Virus record (IMG/VR): IMGVR_UViG_3300036773_000096
Location: 32,001-96,000 of that record
Direction: 5' to 3' (one strand)
DNA: 64,000 nucleotides
Source: a virus
Part shown: positions 58,930 to 64,000 of the stretch, piece after piece
Layout of the letters: every line of letters starts with the position of its first letter
Numbering within the stretch: the stretch's first letter is position 1
Notes under the pieces: generated by a model
What the model saw: the letters and a program-made list of their open reading frames with translations, nothing else
Databases searched by the model: none
What the model was told of the DNA's origin: nothing
Made by a program: the position numbers and the translations under genes

Positions 58930-59352
58930 TTACTGGTCGGGCCGCATGCAGATCAGGGGACACGGGCCGCCGGTCTGTTGCTCTTGCTGGGCGATGTGGG
59001 CCTGCACCTGCTGCGTGCAGTAGGCGTCGGCAGCGTCGGCGTTGTGCGCCTGCGGCTCCAGGCCGTAGACGTGGCGCATGAACACGTCGTTGATCCCGCA
59101 GTGGTACGTCGTGACCGGTGCCTGTCCGGGACGGGTCAGGACGCAGACCGTGTGCTCGCCAGTGATGTTGAGCTTGCAGTCCTCGACGGTGCGCGGGTCA
59201 GGCTCGCCCTCGACGGCGGTGCACACGGTGCGGGTGCGGTCGCCTTCGAGGGTCGCTGTGCAGTGCGGCCCGGCCGTGCTCGCCGGAACCTCGCAAGCGG
59301 CACCGGCCAGGGCCAGCGCCAGGCAGGCGCCCAGGAGCAGACGCCTACTCAT
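58930..59352 (-). CDS. Putative Cys-rich lipoprotein
   Basis: MSRRLLLGACLALALAGAAC lipobox-like signal. Confidence 0.58.
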   Translation of the reverse strand: MSRRLLLGACLALALAGAACEVPASTAGPHCTATLEGDRTRTVCTAVEGEPDPRTVEDCKLNITGEHTVCVLTRPGQAPVTTYHCGINDVFMRHVYGLEPQAHNADAADAYCTQQVQAHIAQQEQQTGGPCPLICMRPDQ

Positions 59353-59765
59353 CCGGTGTTCTCCCGCCGCGCGGTCTCCTGCCGGATCAGTGCCCACTTC
59401 GCGGGCAGTCGACTGTCCAGGGGACCGACGTCGATACCGACCGCTTCAGCCCGCGCGATCTCCTCAGCGGACAGTTGCGCGGCGGACCACGTGGCAGCGA
59501 GCAGGTCTTGCTCCAGTGGCTTGCCGGTGTGGGTGTCGATGCCGTGGGCACGCAGGGTCCGTTTGGCCTGCTGGAGTTCCACGCGAAGCTCGACCCCCTT
59601 GCGATGAAGGAAGCGGTTCGTCTGCCCCAACGCGACAACCATGTCCAGAGGGGCTGTGCCGGGAGGGATCGCGTCGGGTCCACCGAGTGCGGCGACCAGC
59701 GCGTCGCGGATCTCGTTGATCTCGCGGGCGGCGGCGACCCAGGACTCCCACGGGTGGTCGCTCAT
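59349..59765 (-). CDS. Hypothetical protein
   Basis: 138 aa, coupled on both sides. Confidence 0.62.
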   Translation of the reverse strand: MSDHPWESWVAAAREINEIRDALVAALGGPDAIPPGTAPLDMVVALGQTNRFLHRKGVELRVELQQAKRTLRAHGIDTHTGKPLEQDLLAATWSAAQLSAEEIARAEAVGIDVGPLDSRLPAKWALIRQETARRENTG

Positions 59766-59950
59766 TCGATCCAGTCCCCCTCGAAGATGAAGATCCCGCC
59801 GTAGACGATGGCGACGGCGATCAGGGCGGCGGCCCAGTAGGCGATGTGGTGGTGGAACAGTGCCACCCCGCCGATGATGGCCAGGGCCAGCAGGATCGCC
59901 CCTACCGCCTGGGCGAGCATGTAGGCGATGAGTCCGTCGATGCCGTTCAT
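59762..59950 (-). CDS. Small two-TM protein
   Basis: ATGA-coupled; hydrophobic. Confidence 0.62.
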   Translation of the reverse strand: MNGIDGLIAYMLAQAVGAILLALAIIGGVALFHHHIAYWAAALIAVAIVYGGIFIFEGDWIE

Positions 59951-60285
59951 TCCCACCTCACCCAACGGGGCTGCACGAAATTACAGTCCGTTGCATCGTC
60001 AATGTCGACCCAGTTGAGTTCGCTGGTCACGTAGTCGCGGGTGGCCATCCCCGGCCACGTGCCGCCATCGCCGTAGTCGCAGTAGATGACGACCGGCTCG
60101 CCACTGTCCGGCGCAATGTCGCCCGGTAACTGCCAGTGGTCGGCGCGCGTATCGCCGTCATCGGCGTCCCACGCTTGCCGAGCGGTGGGGAAGAGTCGGG
60201 GCATCAGCCGATCGCAGCTCCCTTGGTAGAGGGCGTATCTGATCTCCCCGTCGGGGAAGAGAACTGCAACACCAGCGCGGCTCAC
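59947..60285 (-). CDS. Hypothetical protein
   Basis: MSRAGVAVLFPDGEIRYALYQG..CDYGDG..W.GMAT. Confidence 0.65.
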   Translation of the reverse strand: MSRAGVAVLFPDGEIRYALYQGSCDRLMPRLFPTARQAWDADDGDTRADHWQLPGDIAPDSGEPVVIYCDYGDGGTWPGMATRDYVTSELNWVDIDDATDCNFVQPRWVRWE

Positions 60286-60629
60286 AGCTTCACTTCCGGC
60301 ATTTCACACACGGTGAACCCTTCGGCGACAACACCCTCGCAGTGCTGGGCGCACACGCCGTCGACGTGTCGACTGCCGAGCCGCATGTAGAAGTAGCCGA
60401 CGGACGGTTTGGTGCATCCCCGGACGGCGGTGCAGGGGTTGTGCGCGGCGCTGTACTCGCGGTCGACGCGTTCGCAAAGGTCGGCGAGTGCCTGTGCTTG
60501 GCGGGCCAGCGCCCGGCGCTCCCCGGGCAGCATGGCGGTCACGACGAGCTGCCGGGCGGTGTCGGTGTCGCCTTCGATGAGAGCGAGCAGGGCGTTGGAT
60601 TCGGTGTAGTGCGTCGGATCCTCGGTCAT
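60282..60629 (-). CDS. Hypothetical protein with Cys-rich C-terminus
   Basis: ATG at 60629 overlaps the upstream stop; PC..RGC..VCAQHC. Confidence 0.6.
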   Translation of the reverse strand: MTEDPTHYTESNALLALIEGDTDTARQLVVTAMLPGERRALARQAQALADLCERVDREYSAAHNPCTAVRGCTKPSVGYFYMRLGSRHVDGVCAQHCEGVVAEGFTVCEMPEVKL

Positions 60630-61153
60630 CGCATACCCCGCAGGATTTCCAGGGCGAGCAGGGCAACCCCGGCCAGCTCCAGACCACAAACTGCGGCCAG
60701 GGATGCGGGCACGGCGGGGACCGGGGTCACGATCAGATAGGCGAGGATGGCGGCACTGGCGGTCCCGCAGTAGGCCAGGAGGTCAACCCCAGCCTGAACG
60801 ATCTTGCGGTAACGGCGGCGGGGACCGTTGCGGTGACTGGTTTCCCAATCGAGTAGTGGTGTGCTGGAGCCGGGCAAACCCAGTGCGGGCGCGAGGTGTT
60901 CGCGGAAGTAGTGACCGATCTCGTCGACTTTGCGATCATTGGCGAGATGCGTCCAGCCGAGAATGAAGCACGCGACCGGAAGCAGTAATAGTGCCGGGTA
61001 GTGGGTAGTGGCTTGACCAAGAGCAAAGTACGCGACGGCCGCGAACACCGTGAGAGTGACGTACGGGAGGTTGTCGCGGGCTCGAATACGATCGCGTTGC
61101 TCATCTTTCAGAGCTTTGTATTCGGCGAGGTGAATATCGATGGTGCCGGTCAT
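60626..61153 (-). CDS. Integral membrane protein
   Basis: EYKALKDEQRDRIRARDNL, GWTHLANDRKV and WETSHR pattern with about 4 TM segments; visibly more AT-rich. Confidence 0.68.
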   Translation of the reverse strand: MTGTIDIHLAEYKALKDEQRDRIRARDNLPYVTLTVFAAVAYFALGQATTHYPALLLLPVACFILGWTHLANDRKVDEIGHYFREHLAPALGLPGSSTPLLDWETSHRNGPRRRYRKIVQAGVDLLAYCGTASAAILAYLIVTPVPAVPASLAAVCGLELAGVALLALEILRGMR

Positions 61154-61386
61154 CGGCGTGCCCTCTTTCGGCGAGTGGTGACGGTGAAGATGCGCTTGGA
61201 CACCCTCCGGTAGCGCAGGAACGCCCACAGGCAGGCGATCAGGAACACCACGGAGGTGGTGGCGGCGGCCGACCCGAACGCCCAGTCGGCGGCGACGACG
61301 AGCAGGGCGGGCCAGATCAGGACGTAAATGGTGAGCCAGACGCGCAGGATGCCGGTCAGGGGCACGCTGCCGGGCCGACGGCTCAC
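61150..61386 (-). CDS. Small two-TM protein with basic tail
   Basis: GTGA/ATGA-coupled. Confidence 0.58.
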   Translation of the reverse strand: MSRRPGSVPLTGILRVWLTIYVLIWPALLVVAADWAFGSAAATTSVVFLIACLWAFLRYRRVSKRIFTVTTRRKRARR

Positions 61387-61892
61387 AGCGACTGTCCCCA
61401 AATGCCGCGCCACACGCGGTGGCAGATCTCATCGACGGCCCACCACAGGGAGGGGAACAGCACGAGGACCCAGAAGATGAACACTCCGAACGCGTAGAAG
61501 GCGCCCGGTGCGATGGCGTCGTCGAGGGTGTGGCCGTAGTTCTGGTGCAGCACGAGGATGAAGCCGAGCAGCAGGACGAAGTACACGCCGCACTGGAAGG
61601 CCAGCCAGGTCAGGGCGACCAGGGCCATGCCGTAGTCGTAGGCGCGCCACGAGGGGTTATCGGGGCCGTTGCACCACTCGTCGTCGCAGAGAGGGCAGTG
61701 GTAGTAGGCGTTGGCGGGCAGGTCGAGGTCGGCCAGCGCGGGCGAGCGGTGCTCGGGGCAACACAGGATGGGGGTGTCGGGGTTGCAGCTGGGGCAGGAC
61801 TGGTAGGTGCCGACGGGGTCGGTGGTGGGGGGTAGGCCGTTGATGAGGCGGCAGTCGGGGCAGTAGTCGGTGGGGATGGCGGTAACGGCCAT
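61383..61892 (-). CDS. Zn-finger (CxxC x3-4) + two-TM protein
   Basis: CPDC, CPSC, CCPEH, CPLC then hydrophobic helices. Confidence 0.65.
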   Translation of the reverse strand: MAVTAIPTDYCPDCRLINGLPPTTDPVGTYQSCPSCNPDTPILCCPEHRSPALADLDLPANAYYHCPLCDDEWCNGPDNPSWRAYDYGMALVALTWLAFQCGVYFVLLLGFILVLHQNYGHTLDDAIAPGAFYAFGVFIFWVLVLFPSLWWAVDEICHRVWRGIWGQSL

Positions 61893-61918
61893 GACGGGAC
61901 TTCTCTCACTCAGGGGGA

Positions 61919-61938
61919 CCGGAACGGGTCCAACCATA
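61919..61938 (-). promoter_or_regulatory. TANNNT-N7-GTTCCG promoter
   Basis: TGG-TATGGT-tggaccc-GTTCCGG. Confidence 0.68.
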
Positions 61939-61960
61939 CCAGGTAGCTAAGTGGTGGGCG

Positions 61961-62173
61961 CTACGGCCGTACGGGTGCCAGTTTGGACATGCTCCACCGC
62001 AACGGCAGATAGCTGACGAACAGGAATGTTGCTCCACCGCAGACGATGGTGATCCCGTAGAGGTAGTGCGTACCGAGGATGACGAGCACGCCCCCGGCGA
62101 TGACCAGTATCGAGAAGAGCGCGGCGCACAGCGCGGCGAAGCTCACGAGTAAGGCGAGCGGTCGCAGGATCAT
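61961..62173 (-). CDS. Small two-TM protein
   Basis: AGGAAGG RBS; ATGA-coupled. Confidence 0.6.
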   Translation of the reverse strand: MILRPLALLVSFAALCAALFSILVIAGGVLVILGTHYLYGITIVCGGATFLFVSYLPLRWSMSKLAPVRP

Positions 62174-62712
62174 GACGCCTTCCTTCCTGGGATCAGTTCG
62201 GCCAGGCGTTGCGCCATGGCGTCCTCCGTGGTGCAGGTGGGGTCGGCGAACGTCGGCGTCCACAGGGTGCGGGCCTCGTCACCGGGGTGCACTCCGGCGA
62301 CCCACAGGTTGCGGCCCCGCTTGTTCCAGTGGTTCCACGCGGTGCCATAGGCGGCAAGGGGCCCGTGGGCGGCCCAGACGTCGGAGTAGCACTGCCCGTT
62401 GTCCTCGAAAATGCCGCACACCGTCCAGGTGCCCAGTTCCCACACGTCTTCCTGCCCGTCATAGACCTCCATGTCGGCGTGAGTGATCAGGAGACTGCGT
62501 TCGATGTGGCCGGGGTGGATGGTGGAGACCAGCACATCGGTGTCGGTCTCCCCGTACTCCAGGCCCTCAAGGTCGACTTCCCGCTCTAGGAACTCTTTGG
62601 CCACCTTCGGGTCCGGGTCGACCAGTTCCGTCTGGGAGAACCGGGTCTGCCAACCGGAGGGCTCCACGCGGGGGCAGGCCAGCAGAGCGCAGATGCTGAT
62701 TTCGAGGGCCAC
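62170..62712 (-). CDS. Hypothetical protein
   Basis: 180 aa acidic; WTVCGIFED..LWVAGVH.G. Confidence 0.62.
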   Translation of the reverse strand: MALEISICALLACPRVEPSGWQTRFSQTELVDPDPKVAKEFLEREVDLEGLEYGETDTDVLVSTIHPGHIERSLLITHADMEVYDGQEDVWELGTWTVCGIFEDNGQCYSDVWAAHGPLAAYGTAWNHWNKRGRNLWVAGVHPGDEARTLWTPTFADPTCTTEDAMAQRLAELIPGRKAS

Positions 62713-62716
62713 GGCG

Positions 62717-63544
62717 TCACTTCCCGCTGCGGCTACTGCTGGAGCTGCTACCGCTACTGGAGCGGCTTGAGCTGCTAGAGCTGGACGAGCTGGAGCTACT
62801 GCGACTGCTGGAGCTACTGGAATTGCTGCCCTTGCTGTAGCTACTGCCGGGACTGGTGTTGCTGCCCCTGCTCGGGGAGGTGACTTTGGTGCTTCCCGTG
62901 CTCGGCGTGTTCGAGTTGCGGGCGTTGCCAGCGGGACCGGTCACGGGCACGTTGGAGCCCTTGAAGGCGGTCTTCGGGACGGTCTTGCCGTTGTATGCCT
63001 TGCCGGAAGCGGAATGGTAGCCGCTGGTCTTCGGATCGGCGGCGGCTTTCTTTTCATCGGCCGCGTAGGTCTTGTTCACGTGCACGATGGTCGTGTTATA
63101 GGTGCGGGCATCGACGCGGGTGATCGGCTGATGTCCCCATCCGTAGCCGGAGTAGCCGGGGTGACGGTTCCACGCCGGACCGATGTACGTCGAGTAGTAG
63201 CTGGGGCCGTAGTAGAAGTCGGAGTGGCCCATGGCAGTGCTCCACAGGGCGCCCATGAGGAACCAGTCGGCGTCGGACATGCCCTGTGAGCGGACGGGAC
63301 GATTCTGAGGGATGGGCTCGTCGCACGCGCGGTAACCAGAGCCGTCGGCTTCGCCGGGCTGGTTGATCCACGGGGTGCACAGGTCCCCGCTGGCGGTGCG
63401 GATGGGGTCGGGTCGGATGGTGGACTCGTCGGCGGCGGTGTTCACGGCGTTGTCGCTGCCGCACGCGGATAGAACGGGGATGGCGAGCAGGCAGGCGATT
63501 AGCGCCAGCAGGAGCACTCGCACCCATCTAGGGACAGTTTTCAT
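62717..63544 (-). CDS. Putative lipoprotein with Tyr-rich core and poly-Ser tail
   Basis: LSACGS lipobox; FYYGPSYYSTY; terminal SSSSSSRSSSSSSSSSSSSRSSSG. Confidence 0.68.
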   Translation of the reverse strand: MKTVPRWVRVLLLALIACLLAIPVLSACGSDNAVNTAADESTIRPDPIRTASGDLCTPWINQPGEADGSGYRACDEPIPQNRPVRSQGMSDADWFLMGALWSTAMGHSDFYYGPSYYSTYIGPAWNRHPGYSGYGWGHQPITRVDARTYNTTIVHVNKTYAADEKKAAADPKTSGYHSASGKAYNGKTVPKTAFKGSNVPVTGPAGNARNSNTPSTGSTKVTSPSRGSNTSPGSSYSKGSNSSSSSSRSSSSSSSSSSSSRSSSGSSSSSSRSGK

Positions 63545-63578
63545 GATCGCTTCTCTCGAGAGTGGACGGAACGCGGGG

Positions 63579-63929
63579 TCACCAGTCGAAGCAGACGCAC
63601 ACACCGGTCCAGTGTCCGGCCGGGGTGCGGGTCATGTAGTGGCAGTTCTCGTTCGTGTGCGCCTCGATCGCGGCACTGCGCTGCCGGTCCCACTCAGCCT
63701 GCCGGTCGGCCTGGGACAGCCGCTTGGGGGCGCCGTTGGCCAACTCGACGCACCGGGGGCAGCCCTCGACGCGGCGAGCCCACGGGGTGGGCGCGTGGTT
63801 GTGCGGGGTCTCACCCAGGGCCAGCTTCTCGATGCGGAGCTGATCGCAGCGCGGACATTGGCCTTCGTCGACGTAAGCGCCGAAGGGGAGCAGTTCGTGG
63901 TTGTGCTTGAGTTTCGTGACTTTGACCAT
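63579..63929 (-). CDS. Cys/His-rich hypothetical protein
   Basis: Two CPRC motifs, C-terminal CVC; follows the conserved promoter. Confidence 0.68.
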   Translation of the reverse strand: MVKVTKLKHNHELLPFGAYVDEGQCPRCDQLRIEKLALGETPHNHAPTPWARRVEGCPRCVELANGAPKRLSQADRQAEWDRQRSAAIEAHTNENCHYMTRTPAGHWTGVCVCFDW

Positions 63930-63951
63930 CGGGGTCTTCTCTCACTCGGGA

Positions 63952-63971
63952 CCGGAACAATGCCGACCGTA
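63952..63971 (-). promoter_or_regulatory. TANNNT-N7-GTTCCG promoter
   Basis: TGG-TACGGT-cggcatt-GTTCCGG. Confidence 0.68.
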
Positions 63972-64000
63972 CCATGCTACGAGTGGACGTGGAAGCGTCC

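Larger units (their letters stand above)
1..64000. mobile_element. Actinobacterial myovirus / phage-plasmid genome segment
   Basis: Co-oriented portal, MuF, protease, HK97 capsid, sheath, tube, tape measure, baseplate J and fibre genes; dense small early ORFs; no host housekeeping genes recognised. Confidence 0.95.

Overview
The whole 64 kb window is part of a high-GC actinobacterial tailed phage (or phage-plasmid) with a contractile tail. The host is probably a filamentous actinomycete; this is inferred from BldN-like, RsdA-like, class F sortase and TraB genes. Almost all genes lie on the minus strand. Reading right to left, the window holds: small early genes (63.9-54.5 kb); a plus-strand plasmid/AICE-type transfer module (GntR regulator, DUF2637-like protein, TraB/FtsK, clt-like repeats; 48.6-54.2 kb); a BldN-like ECF sigma factor; portal, MuF, a 2H-phosphoesterase head protein, a 3563-aa prohead protease/DarB-like methyltransferase-helicase fusion and an HK97-fold capsid; an accessory block with a class F sortase; neck, sheath, tube, chaperone, tape measure, baseplate and fibre genes; and the start of a membrane/lysis region. 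The most notable signals are (1) a TnpV-like gene nested out of frame inside the giant protease-DarB ORF, (2) a TraB conjugation module in a myovirus, whose putative GntR operator also sits at the promoters for the sigma-factor operon and for an operon with a secreted peptide and an anticodon-less tRNA-like RNA, (3) a shared K|S maturation motif across several head proteins that carry putative anti-defence enzymes, and (4) a conserved TANNNT-N7-GTTCCG promoter/leader motif. No terminase, integrase, DNA polymerase or endolysin was recognised in the window. All family assignments come from motif recognition by eye; no database search was run.
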